A stretch of DNA of 63,917 nucleotides, filler included, from Lama guanicoe (lineage: Eukaryota), in NCBI GenBank assembly GCA_013239625.1. It is 194 parts of 194 records of this genome, joined end to end, with 100 filler letters (N's around TTAATTAATTAA, not from the genome) between each part and the next. Parts side by side here need not be neighbours in the genome. Positions count along the whole stretch, not along the records: positions 52,139 to 52,368 come from PNXV01043795.1; positions 52,469 to 52,698 come from PNXV01043796.1; positions 52,799 to 53,028 come from PNXV01043797.1; positions 53,129 to 53,358 come from PNXV01043798.1; positions 53,459 to 53,688 come from PNXV01043799.1; positions 53,789 to 54,018 come from PNXV01043800.1; positions 54,119 to 54,348 come from PNXV01043801.1; positions 54,449 to 54,678 come from PNXV01043802.1; 186 more parts are not named here. One strand, written 5' to 3'. The position numbers and the translations under genes were made by a program. Each line of letters opens with the position of its first letter. Position 1 is the first letter of the stretch. Below are positions 52,139-63,502 of the stretch, one piece after another. Below the pieces are notes generated by a model. That model was not told the DNA's origin, searched no databases, and saw only the letters and a program-made list of their open reading frames with translations.

Positions 52139-52698
52139 ATAGAGTCGTCCCTTAGTATCCCTGGGGCATTCTTCCAGGACAGCCCCTTGCATATCCAAAT
52201 CCGCAAATACTCAGATCCTGTCCATGAAATGGTGTAGTACCATCCTCTGTCTGTATTCTGTAACTTGTTGAATCGGAGGAGGTGGTGCCCACAGACAGAA
52301 AGGGCTGACTGTATCACATTTGTGGAGTTTTCTGTTGCAGTGGATGTGCTGTAGTTGACTTAATGCCCNNNNNNNNNNNNNNNNNNNNNNNNNNNNNNNN
52401 NNNNNNNNNNNNTTAATTAATTAANNNNNNNNNNNNNNNNNNNNNNNNNNNNNNNNNNNNNNNNNNNNATAGAGTCGTCCCTTAGTATCCCTGGGGCATT
52501 CTTCCAGGACAGCCCCTCGCATATTCAAATCCACAAATGCTCAGATCCCGTCCATGAAATGGTGTAGTACCATCCTCTGTCTGTATTCTGCAACTTGTTG
52601 AATCAGAGGAGGTGGTGCCCACAGACAGAAAGGGCTGACTGTATCACAATTGTGGAGTTTTCTGTTGCAGTGGATGTGCTGTAGTTGACTTAATGCCC
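52139..52698. other. Near-identical contig pair 52139-52368 / 52469-52698 (bubble arms)
   Basis: Same endpoints, 8 substitutions, first at base 50 and last at base 181. Confidence 0.9.
52142..52311. mobile_element. MER2-like Tigger-family MITE with both ends and flanking TA
   Basis: TA-GAGTCGTCCCTT.GTATCC...TTCCAGGAC...AAATCC.C..AT.CTCA...AGAAAGGGCTGACTG-TA. Confidence 0.7.
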
Positions 52699-53788
52699 NN
52701 NNNNNNNNNNNNNNNNNNNNNNNNNNNNNNNNNNNNNNNNNNTTAATTAATTAANNNNNNNNNNNNNNNNNNNNNNNNNNNNNNNNNNNNNNNNNNNNGC
52801 TCTGAAATGGAAAAGGCATCGTGAGCGAAGGGATGAAGGCAATGCAGCGGCGACGGAGCACAGAAGGCAGAGGAAACTTGCGACCAGACACCTTTTCTTC
52901 CTTCCTCGGCGATCCTACAGCAGTGATTAAAACTGAGATTCCCTGACCGTGTTTCAGACTCTGTGATGAGAGCTGGGAGGGGCCTCGGGATTATAAAACA
53001 ACCAGATCACAGCTCTGCAGCAGAATGTNNNNNNNNNNNNNNNNNNNNNNNNNNNNNNNNNNNNNNNNNNNNTTAATTAATTAANNNNNNNNNNNNNNNN
53101 NNNNNNNNNNNNNNNNNNNNNNNNNNNNATAAAATCTCTGCCTTCTGTGACCTGTGCTAGTATAAGGCACTGGTTAGCTCAAGTTGTCTAGAGAAAGCAT
53201 CCGAACAAGAGGAAAGATGTAACTCACACAGAAGCTTACAGTAAAGCGTCTTTGGGATAAATCACTTATTAAAATATATATATATGGACACATACATATA
53301 TGTATTGAACACCTCCATGTGCCAAGTTTTACACAAGATGCTGCGGGATTCTAGATCANNNNNNNNNNNNNNNNNNNNNNNNNNNNNNNNNNNNNNNNNN
53401 NNTTAATTAATTAANNNNNNNNNNNNNNNNNNNNNNNNNNNNNNNNNNNNNNNNNNNNAGCAAGAAAACAAGAGGCTCACTAGGAGGTGTGGGGGAAGTT
53501 CATGTAGCGAACAGACTAATGGAGAGGGGCTTTAGTTTAGTGTACTGTATTCAGAGGTGGTTTGAGACAATGGACAGTGTGAAGACTTAGCCTTAGGTAC
53601 ATAGAGAAAATAGACATCTAAATAAGAGGTAATTGACTATAGGAAAAATGATAACGCTGTTAAACTAAGCACATGTAAATGTAAATGTNNNNNNNNNNNN
53701 NNNNNNNNNNNNNNNNNNNNNNNNNNNNNNNNTTAATTAATTAANNNNNNNNNNNNNNNNNNNNNNNNNNNNNNNNNNNNNNNNNNNN

Positions 53789-54018
53789 CCCGATGCTGCA
53801 GTCAGATGCTGCACTTGGGCGAGGCAGGTGGGTGGATCGCGCCCCCTCCAAGCACTGTGGTCAGTTGTTCCTGCCAGGAAGGCAGGTGGCTGCCCACCCT
53901 CTCCTGGTGCCGGTCGCTCCGCTGCTTTGTGCAGCTGCCCGCTCTGCCTCGGGATGGCACTCTGTAGATGGGCTCGGGGAAGACCATGGGACAGCCCTGC
54001 CCCTGCTCTGTGCCAGAT
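53789..54018. mobile_element. GC-rich interspersed repeat homologous to 43889-44118
   Basis: Shares the ~130-nt diverged block described for the 43889 feature. Confidence 0.55.
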
Positions 54019-55108
54019 NNNNNNNNNNNNNNNNNNNNNNNNNNNNNNNNNNNNNNNNNNNNTTAATTAATTAANNNNNNNNNNNNNNNNNNNNNNNNNN
54101 NNNNNNNNNNNNNNNNNNATAATCCTGGGGAAAACTTTTTAAAATTGAAGTATAGTTGATTTACAATATTGTGTTTATTTCAGGTGTACAGCATTGCAAT
54201 TTAGTATTATTGCAGACTATATACCATTATAGGTTAATGCAAGATAATGGTTATGTTTCCATCTGCTATACAGTATATTCTTGTTACTTATCTATTTTAT
54301 ATATAGTAGTTTGTATCTGTTAATCCTCTGCCACCAATTTTCTCTCCCNNNNNNNNNNNNNNNNNNNNNNNNNNNNNNNNNNNNNNNNNNNNTTAATTAA
54401 TTAANNNNNNNNNNNNNNNNNNNNNNNNNNNNNNNNNNNNNNNNNNNNCATCCTTATGTTTTGCCAGGAGGGACATATGAAGTCTCATTCATCTCTGTGA
54501 CCACCTTTCCTCCCCCAGTTGCCTGGAGGCCTATTGCCTTGTAAGCTGTAGGTTCTACATTAGATTATGGTTGAATTGAGTTGAATGATAAGTTTTGGCA
54601 AAGCTATCTTGATAGGAGGGTGTGGAACTTGGGTTTTTCACCCTTGAGCAGACCATAATTACATGATTAGACTTGTAANNNNNNNNNNNNNNNNNNNNNN
54701 NNNNNNNNNNNNNNNNNNNNNNTTAATTAATTAANNNNNNNNNNNNNNNNNNNNNNNNNNNNNNNNNNNNNNNNNNNNCTGGTGCCCCCCATCCAAGACT
54801 CACTCAGCTGGGTCGGAGGCCCTGTCCACCCTTCCATCTTCAGACCCTCATCCTGCATCCTCCCTGTCGCACTCCTCAAGGCAGTCACGGCAAGGAGACT
54901 GTCGGTCGGTTGAGGAGGGAGAAGGGGTCAGGAGTGAGGCTCCCAGGCGGGTCTGAGCATTGGCACCTGTGACGCCACCCACAGTCCCTTTCCCACCACC
55001 TCCTTCCANNNNNNNNNNNNNNNNNNNNNNNNNNNNNNNNNNNNNNNNNNNNTTAATTAATTAANNNNNNNNNNNNNNNNNNNNNNNNNNNNNNNNNNNN
55101 NNNNNNNN

Positions 55109-55338
55109 TAGAATATAGAATGTAAAACTCAGAATATAGAATATAGAATACGGAATGAAGAATATAGTATACAAAATATAGAATGTTGAACACAGAATAT
55201 AGAAGTAAGAAAGCAGAATACAGAACCCAGAATTTAGAAAATGGAATGCAGGGCACATCATTTAAAATATAGAATACAGAATACTGAACATAAAATTTCG
55301 AATATAGAATGTAGAACACAGAATATGGAATGTAGAAT
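55109..55338. repeat. Degenerate 7-bp tandem repeat (AGAATAT)n filling the contig
   Basis: agaatat agaatgt aaaactc agaatat agaatat agaatac ggaatga ... Confidence 0.9.
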
Positions 55339-55768
55339 NNNNNNNNNNNNNNNNNNNNNNNNNNNNNNNNNNNNNNNNNNNNTTAATTAATTAANNNNNN
55401 NNNNNNNNNNNNNNNNNNNNNNNNNNNNNNNNNNNNNNCTGCCCTCCCCAGCCTGATGAGGACACCCAGCTCCTGGACCCCGGCCAGTGGGGTGGCTGGC
55501 TGAAACAGCTCTCCTCTCTCGCCCCAGCACTCGGGGGGCAGATGGGCGGGCGCACCTCCCACGTCTCCGGGAAAGTGGGCTGTGACCCGCGCTCCTCTCT
55601 CCGACGGCACCACGCCCCGTGTCAGCACCCGCCGTTCCCCTCCTAATCGTGCTCCCGGGGCCTGTCTANNNNNNNNNNNNNNNNNNNNNNNNNNNNNNNN
55701 NNNNNNNNNNNNTTAATTAATTAANNNNNNNNNNNNNNNNNNNNNNNNNNNNNNNNNNNNNNNNNNNN

Positions 55769-55998
55769 GCAATCTACAGATTTAATGTGATCTCTATCAA
55801 ATTACTCATGACATTTTCACAGAACTAGAACAAATAATCCTAAAATTTATATGTTATCACAAAGGACCGAGAATTGCCAACGCAGTATTGAGGAAAAAGA
55901 ATGAAGCAGGAGGAATAATCCTCTCAGACTTTAGACAATACTACAGGGCTACAGTAGTCAAAACAGCATGGTATTGGTACAAAAACAGACATATGGAT
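55769..55998 (+). mobile_element. L1 ORF2 post-RT fragment with a 1-bp frameshift
   Basis: [16 protein letters not shown] / [10 protein letters not shown]...[36 protein letters not shown]. Confidence 0.93.
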
Positions 55999-56849
55999 NN
56001 NNNNNNNNNNNNNNNNNNNNNNNNNNNNNNNNNNNNNNNNNNTTAATTAATTAANNNNNNNNNNNNNNNNNNNNNNNNNNNNNNNNNNNNNNNNNNNNAA
56101 AAACCGGTCCCAGCCCTGAGACACACGCCTACCTCGGGTAAAGAAGATAAAGAAGGAAAGGGAAGAAGGCAGGAAGGAAGACACGTCGAGAGAAGGGGAG
56201 GGAGGGAAAAAGAGAAAGATGGGAAGAAAATACCAGCAGGTGCCTGGTACAGCTGGGAGACCCCCGGACTGCAGACCGTGTGACTGGGCTTCCCATCCGC
56301 ACAGCCGTTCTGGCCTCCTGGAGGACCCNNNNNNNNNNNNNNNNNNNNNNNNNNNNNNNNNNNNNNNNNNNNTTAATTAATTAANNNNNNNNNNNNNNNN
56401 NNNNNNNNNNNNNNNNNNNNNNNNNNNNGCCTGGTCTCAGAAAGAAAATAAACTTCTTGCAGAACCAAGCAGAGACAGGCAGGATCACAGCTTCCATAAC
56501 AGGAGAGAGAAAATTTTACTGTGATCAACCATGGGTGACCTGTGTTATTGCTACCACAGTAATTGTGCCTGAAGCAACAACTCTAAACTGATGTGTTATT
56601 TGTGTTATGTAATTACAGGTTTAAAGATAATTAGAATTAGGCAAAATTATAATTTTGANNNNNNNNNNNNNNNNNNNNNNNNNNNNNNNNNNNNNNNNNN
56701 NNTTAATTAATTAANNNNNNNNNNNNNNNNNNNNNNNNNNNNNNNNNNNNNNNNNNNNAAATGTGTACAAAATCATACTGTTGTCAAGGAAAAAAATGCA
56801 TCCTAAAAGTACTTTAAGTAGGTACTAGATGACTACAGACATGAAAAGG

Positions 56850-56988
56850 AACATTTATAAGAGCTTAAAGGATACAATTCAATAACAAAAAAAAAACAAA
56901 CAACCCAATCAAAAAATAGGCAAAGACCTAAACAGACACTTCTCTGAAAAAGACTTCCAGATGGCCAATAGGCGCATAAAAAGGTGCT
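56850..56988 (+). mobile_element. L1 ORF2 C-terminal fragment
   Basis: CAACCCAATCAAAAAAT.GGCAAAGACCTAAACAGACACTTCTC..AA.AAGAC.T.CAGATGGCCAA.AGGC.CAT.AAAAG.TGCT. Confidence 0.85.
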
Positions 56989-58760
56989 NNNNNNNNNNNN
57001 NNNNNNNNNNNNNNNNNNNNNNNNNNNNNNNNTTAATTAATTAANNNNNNNNNNNNNNNNNNNNNNNNNNNNNNNNNNNNNNNNNNNNCACAGTATCAAT
57101 ACAGTATTAATCTAAATAACAAGTCTTCCCAAATGAAATGCTGGGGAAAACCCCCAAACACTAGCCACCTGTAGACTTCCTGGTTATTCTTTCTGCTCCT
57201 AGTGGTTCAGCTTGTTCATAGAAGAACAGAAACTTCAGCTGCAGTTTTAATAAATGCTTTTTATATGTTAGAGGTTCATACTTCAAACTACATTAAGGCA
57301 CAGCCGGATGTAAGATATNNNNNNNNNNNNNNNNNNNNNNNNNNNNNNNNNNNNNNNNNNNNTTAATTAATTAANNNNNNNNNNNNNNNNNNNNNNNNNN
57401 NNNNNNNNNNNNNNNNNNTCACGGTCAGACTGCTGCCTACCTGGCAGGAGCTGACTCCCAATTCTTGTATAGATGGAGAGAAGATTACCCGAAATCCTAG
57501 GTCACTTACTTAGCTGCAATTCCAGTATCGCAGCTTTACTGAAATAGGAATGTTAGAGTCGCCCTCTTATGAAATGACTGATTTTACGAGCCTCCTGCTG
57601 AACAGCTAAAATAGTCAGGGATAAAAATCACGATTGTTCTCTTTTCCTNNNNNNNNNNNNNNNNNNNNNNNNNNNNNNNNNNNNNNNNNNNNTTAATTAA
57701 TTAANNNNNNNNNNNNNNNNNNNNNNNNNNNNNNNNNNNNNNNNNNNNCATACAATTTTAATGTAGACCCAAACATCAAACCCACATACCCGCAGACCCT
57801 GTGAGCAAGCCTGCCCACGCTGCTGCCTGCCCCAGCCCCGAATCCCTGCTGGACTTAAACGGTGAAAGGACTTCTCTGTTTGGGACACTGAGGTCCCCGG
57901 TAGAGCTACTTATGTGCCCCCAGTTCTGATATTGTTAAAATGCAATGCTGGTTACCCATGGAAAAACAGTCCCTCTTGNNNNNNNNNNNNNNNNNNNNNN
58001 NNNNNNNNNNNNNNNNNNNNNNTTAATTAATTAANNNNNNNNNNNNNNNNNNNNNNNNNNNNNNNNNNNNNNNNNNNNCTACAGGATTCATGAATCTAGG
58101 CCTAAAAAGGAATGAACGTCAGGAGACCTATGTTTTGTGGAGCAGGGTTATTGGGTAAACTATCCGAGGAAAAATTTTAAGTGAAATTTGGGGTTTCTTT
58201 TAATCTTCTAAACATTTTTTTAATTGGATAGTATTGGTGTGTTAGAATCTCCATATGATGGTTGTAGTGTATGGGGTTGGTTGGTTTGTTTTTGAACAGA
58301 ATAACTTGNNNNNNNNNNNNNNNNNNNNNNNNNNNNNNNNNNNNNNNNNNNNTTAATTAATTAANNNNNNNNNNNNNNNNNNNNNNNNNNNNNNNNNNNN
58401 NNNNNNNNGATTATAGACTTGTATTCCAAGTGAATGGTTGTAATTGGAATATTCTTTCAAATTTTTTTTTAAAATAAGACAGTCCTTTTCTCTGAAATAG
58501 CCTTTGTTGCTTTCGGGATCAGTTTGCTGAAATGGCGGCTCTTGGCTATCGCGGTAAGCTAGCTGTGCAGTCCCGCTTTTTCGCCCTGGTTCAGACCCTC
58601 CTTGCCTCTGGGCTGGACTGCGGCAGCGGCCTGCCTGCNNNNNNNNNNNNNNNNNNNNNNNNNNNNNNNNNNNNNNNNNNNNTTAATTAATTAANNNNNN
58701 NNNNNNNNNNNNNNNNNNNNNNNNNNNNNNNNNNNNNNCCAGGAGCTGGCAGGTCCATAC

Positions 58761-58953
58761 CAGGGCTGGCGCGGGTGATGTCCACCACACGGGTGTGAGT
58801 GCTCAGCTGATTCAACGTGTCCAGCAGCTGGGTGGTCTTTCGGTACAGCGCTCCAGAGGCTAGCTCACTGCCAGGGCCCTCGTGGGGTGGGAGGGAGAAC
58901 TTCGCCGCGTGCAGAGGGGGCAGGGCTGCTAAGGACGCCTTCATCTGGGCTCC
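58761..58953 (-). CDS. DCTN1: DCTN1 (p150Glued) internal coding exon, 193 bp, complete with splice sites
   Basis: ccttcacag|GGA GCC CAG ATG...AGC CCT G|gtatgg; encodes [64 protein letters not shown], matching the recalled DCTN1 C-terminal region. Confidence 0.92.
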
Positions 58954-59398
58954 CTGTGAAGGAGGGGANNNNNNNNNNNNNNNNNNNNNNNNNNNNNNNN
59001 NNNNNNNNNNNNTTAATTAATTAANNNNNNNNNNNNNNNNNNNNNNNNNNNNNNNNNNNNNNNNNNNNTCTATGAAAGTGTTGAACCAAATGGTCATCCA
59101 GGTGTCTTCTAATTCAAGCTTCTATTATTTTCCCCCTTAAAACTGTTGTGCTCCTGAATAGGTTGAATTTCTTCGGTTGTAAACAAAGCTATAAGTTTAT
59201 ATTTGTTATGTAGGCGATGGGGCAAGTAAATCATTCTCTATCCATAGTGTTTTAATCTGGAAAACAAAATTTTTCTTTCATTCAGAAGTTTACTTCTCNN
59301 NNNNNNNNNNNNNNNNNNNNNNNNNNNNNNNNNNNNNNNNNNTTAATTAATTAANNNNNNNNNNNNNNNNNNNNNNNNNNNNNNNNNNNNNNNNNNNN

Positions 59399-59628
59399 AA
59401 TAGAACATAAAAACTAGGAAGAAAGGAACACAAACATTCTGCTAAGGGAAATCATCAAACCACAAGGAAAGAAACAGAAAGAAGAAGAAAGGAACATAGG
59501 AGAACTACAAAAACAACTGGGAAACAAATAATGAAGTGGCAGTAGGTTCTTCTCTATCAGCAGTTACTTTAAATGTCAGTGGACTAATTGCTCTTGATCA
59601 AAAGACAAGGGTGGTTGTTTGGATAAAG
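59399..59628 (+). mobile_element. Old L1 inter-ORF / ORF2 start fragment
   Basis: GAAAATCATCAAACCACAA...AGAACTACAAAAACAAC...CTATCA..A.TTACTTTAAATGT.A.TGGACTAA.TGCTC...ATCAAAAGACA (ITLNVNGLN.PIKR-like). Confidence 0.8.
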
Positions 59629-60058
59629 NNNNNNNNNNNNNNNNNNNNNNNNNNNNNNNNNNNNNNNNNNNNTTAATTAATTAANNNNNNNNNNNNNNNN
59701 NNNNNNNNNNNNNNNNNNNNNNNNNNNNAGATTATACTGTTCTAAAATTCTAGAATGCATTTATTACTTCTCAAATGTATAAAATGTTGATATTTTGTAG
59801 ACATTAGGACACAGGGAAATAAATATTCAGGGTAATTAAGAAAAAAGTCTGTTTAAAGAAGTAAAAACCAAACTCATTATGAAACTTGAAATATCTGAAT
59901 ATATTGAAATTTCTTAATATAACTACCACTTATCTTATTAAATCTCTTCTATAATTTANNNNNNNNNNNNNNNNNNNNNNNNNNNNNNNNNNNNNNNNNN
60001 NNTTAATTAATTAANNNNNNNNNNNNNNNNNNNNNNNNNNNNNNNNNNNNNNNNNNNN

Positions 60059-60287
60059 CCGAGCAGGGAACACCTGTGACTGAAGAGAGCTGCGTGGAGT
60101 TGTCTTTAGAGATCCCCAACTCAATGACAATGTTTCGGGAATCCTGAGGGTGGGGCGGTTCCACCAACGATCGGCAGCGCGTGGGTTCTAATGGAATGCC
60201 TGTGCTCGTCCCCCCTGAGGGTTTTCCTCATGTCTCTCCGCCAGGGAATGCTAGGGGGTGTTGCAGGAAATCCCAGTGACAGAGGCT
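60059..60287. repeat. Satellite DNA fragment, ~268-bp monomer
   Basis: Starts with GGGAACACCTGTGACTGAAGAGAGCTGCGTGGA (identical to 32206-32238) and continues into the sequence that begins contig 32011. Confidence 0.85.
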
Positions 60288-61047
60288 NNNNNNNNNNNNN
60301 NNNNNNNNNNNNNNNNNNNNNNNNNNNNNNNTTAATTAATTAANNNNNNNNNNNNNNNNNNNNNNNNNNNNNNNNNNNNNNNNNNNNCCCCCCTTCTCTG
60401 GCCTCCTTTGCATCGCTGAGAAGCAGAAACTACATTTCCCAGAATCCTCTGCCCCATGGGGTTTCAGTAGGGGCTGCAAATGAGAGGACCTTGGGAGAGA
60501 TTTGGAAGGCAGGTGAAAGGGACGGGGTGCTATTCTCCGGAGGTGTTGCAGGCTGACTCAGGAGCAGACATGAGTTCACAGTAGCTTCTGGATGTGCTTC
60601 TGCAATGACCTATAGCCNNNNNNNNNNNNNNNNNNNNNNNNNNNNNNNNNNNNNNNNNNNNTTAATTAATTAANNNNNNNNNNNNNNNNNNNNNNNNNNN
60701 NNNNNNNNNNNNNNNNNAGTCCCCATCTGTGTGTTAGGCTCATTCCTTGGAGCAGGAGCTATAAAATTAAAGGAGACATGGTTGGTAATCTTGAGAAATT
60801 GGCACTGTGGGTTGGGAGACCCACTTATAAGTCAACGGTTATAGGACAATGTGCTAGCAATAATAAAAGCATGACTGAATATCAAGGGAACCCCACAACG
60901 GAACATTTGGAAGTGGGAGAAGGTTTCTCAATGTGGGTAGGTCTTCANNNNNNNNNNNNNNNNNNNNNNNNNNNNNNNNNNNNNNNNNNNNTTAATTAAT
61001 TAANNNNNNNNNNNNNNNNNNNNNNNNNNNNNNNNNNNNNNNNNNNN

Positions 61048-61162
61048 TGTGCTCTTAACACTCATGGGTGTGAACACATCTGTGTGAACGACAGAGTGGG
61101 CTCCTACCACTGTGAGTGCTACGAGGGTTACACATTAAATGAAGACAGGAAAATGTGTTCCA
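61048..61162 (+). CDS. MATN3: Matrilin-3 EGF-like domain exon (5' truncated)
   Basis: [38 protein letters not shown] then A|gtaagt (phase-1 donor); six EGF cysteines; matches recalled MATN3 [38 protein letters not shown]; missed by the ORF track. Confidence 0.9.
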
Positions 61163-62367
61163 GTAAGTGGGGGAGGGGGCTTTACTATTGCTTCCCTGTC
61201 TACCTGCCTCCCTAGCCAGTGTTAGGGAGGGGGGTCCATCGATGGGGAGCTTGGTCTCTTTTCCTCTCTCGCCATCTNNNNNNNNNNNNNNNNNNNNNNN
61301 NNNNNNNNNNNNNNNNNNNNNTTAATTAATTAANNNNNNNNNNNNNNNNNNNNNNNNNNNNNNNNNNNNNNNNNNNNGATGTTTCCTCTTGCAAAGCTCC
61401 CGTGCTTGGTGTCATCACTCCAGTGGAATCGTGATCAGAACAGCCACCCAGAGGCCCTTGCAGGGCGAGCACTGGGACCCTGGCAGGGGCTGGTGGTTCA
61501 AGCTATTCCGTGAGTCTTTGTTTCATAACTGACCATATCTGCCCTAAGGGTCTGGTGTTATGCCTGTTGAGTTCTGCTGGCTATTGTGAGCGAATTGGAG
61601 GGAATCANNNNNNNNNNNNNNNNNNNNNNNNNNNNNNNNNNNNNNNNNNNNTTAATTAATTAANNNNNNNNNNNNNNNNNNNNNNNNNNNNNNNNNNNNN
61701 NNNNNNNTGATATTGAGCATTTTTCCATGTGGCTTTTGATCGTTTGTATGTCTTCCTTGGAGAATTGCTTGTTCAGAATTTTTCATTTTAAATGGTTGCA
61801 AAGGATGTGATTTTTGACATAGAGTATGTTGACATTTTAACATAAAACTGTTACATAATTCTGATAAATGTGGAATATATTATAAAACTGGAATAAAAAC
61901 ACTATTGCAATTTGATATCCAACATCATCCATTTTTTNNNNNNNNNNNNNNNNNNNNNNNNNNNNNNNNNNNNNNNNNNNNTTAATTAATTAANNNNNNN
62001 NNNNNNNNNNNNNNNNNNNNNNNNNNNNNNNNNNNNNTTTTTTTCCCCTGTATGTCTTATATCATTTTTGTCCCTCAATTCCTCCATTCCTGCCTTCTTT
62101 TGCATTTGATATTTTTGCAGTGTACTTTTTGATTCTCTTCATTTCATTTTCTAAATATATATGTATATATGTTGTTTTCTTAATGATTAACCTGGGGATT
62201 GCAATTAACCTCTTAAATTTACGATGATTAATATGAACCTAACCTCTGTAAGATACAAAAACCCTGCNNNNNNNNNNNNNNNNNNNNNNNNNNNNNNNNN
62301 NNNNNNNNNNNTTAATTAATTAANNNNNNNNNNNNNNNNNNNNNNNNNNNNNNNNNNNNNNNNNNNN

Positions 62368-62565
62368 TGATTAAAAGTTGAGCAGAGGAACTGAACATTT
62401 TTTTCCCAAAGAGACAAACAGTCAACAGGCATACAAAAATGTGCTCAACATCATTAATTATCCGGGAAATATAAATCAAACCCACAGCGAGATATTACTT
62501 CATATTTTTAGAATGGCTATTATCAAAAAGAGAAGAGAAAACAGTGTTGTTAAGAATATGAAGAG
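62368..62565 (+). mobile_element. Old L1 ORF2 C-terminal fragment
   Basis: TGCTCAACATCA.TAAT.ATC.GGGAAAT..AAATCAAA.CCACA..GAGATA...TAGAATGGCTATTATCAAAAAGA. Confidence 0.85.
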
Positions 62566-63039
62566 AAGCAAGTAGCTTCACCCTTATAGGCATCTGTNNN
62601 NNNNNNNNNNNNNNNNNNNNNNNNNNNNNNNNNNNNNNNNNTTAATTAATTAANNNNNNNNNNNNNNNNNNNNNNNNNNNNNNNNNNNNNNNNNNNNTCA
62701 ACAAATGGAGGGTATAAACTAAGAAAAAAGTACTGATGGGAAGATATGTTTAGATGAATCCAATAGAGGAAATAAAAATAGGTATTCTACTTCTAATGGA
62801 GGTTCTCCAGAGAAACAGATTATATATACAATCCCATTGGTTCTGTTTCTGAGATTATATATATATATCTTCTAGAAAGAGATTTATTGGGAGAAACTGG
62901 CTCAATTATGGAGGCTGAGAGGTCCCANNNNNNNNNNNNNNNNNNNNNNNNNNNNNNNNNNNNNNNNNNNNTTAATTAATTAANNNNNNNNNNNNNNNNN
63001 NNNNNNNNNNNNNNNNNNNNNNNNNNNATTTAGGGGAGG

Positions 63040-63162
63040 CTGGACTGTTACGATGCTGGATGGGTTAGGTGTATTCCATGCATTTTCAACTTATGATATT
63101 TTCAACCTAAAATGGACTTTTTCTGGACGTAGCCCCATTATAACTCGAAGAAGATCTCTATA
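63040..63162. mobile_element. MER6-like Tigger-family fossil end
   Basis: GGTTAGGTGTATT..ATGCATTTTCAACTTATGATATTTTCAAC...GGACGTA.CCCCAT..TAA.TCGA.GA..ATCT.TA. Confidence 0.7.
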
Positions 63163-63357
63163 TTAAATAGAGTTTGCTTTAATTTGAAGTAGAAATTCTG
63201 TTTTTTTATTCCACAGAAACATATAGCTTCTCATTGTCAACTAGAAATATTAGTCCANNNNNNNNNNNNNNNNNNNNNNNNNNNNNNNNNNNNNNNNNNN
63301 NTTAATTAATTAANNNNNNNNNNNNNNNNNNNNNNNNNNNNNNNNNNNNNNNNNNNN

Positions 63358-63502
63358 AAAGCGGGGTCTCAAATAGGTATTTGCACACCCATGTTCATGG
63401 CAGCCTTATTCACAAGCCAAAGGGTGGAAGCATCCCAAGTGCTCACTGATGGAGGAATGGATGCAGAAAACGTGCCCTCTCTGTATCATGTAATATTCCA
63501 TT
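63358..63502 (+). mobile_element. L1MB-type ORF2 3' fragment
   Basis: AAAGC.GGGTCTC.AA.AG.TATTTG.ACACCCATGTTCAT.GCAGC.TTATTCACA..GCCAAAAGG.TGGAAGCA.CCCAAGTG. Confidence 0.85.

Noticed and set aside
55053..55319. Hydrophobic Tyr/Ile/Leu/Phe-rich membrane-protein-like ORFs
   Set aside because: They are translations of the reverse strand of the (AGAATAT)n repeat
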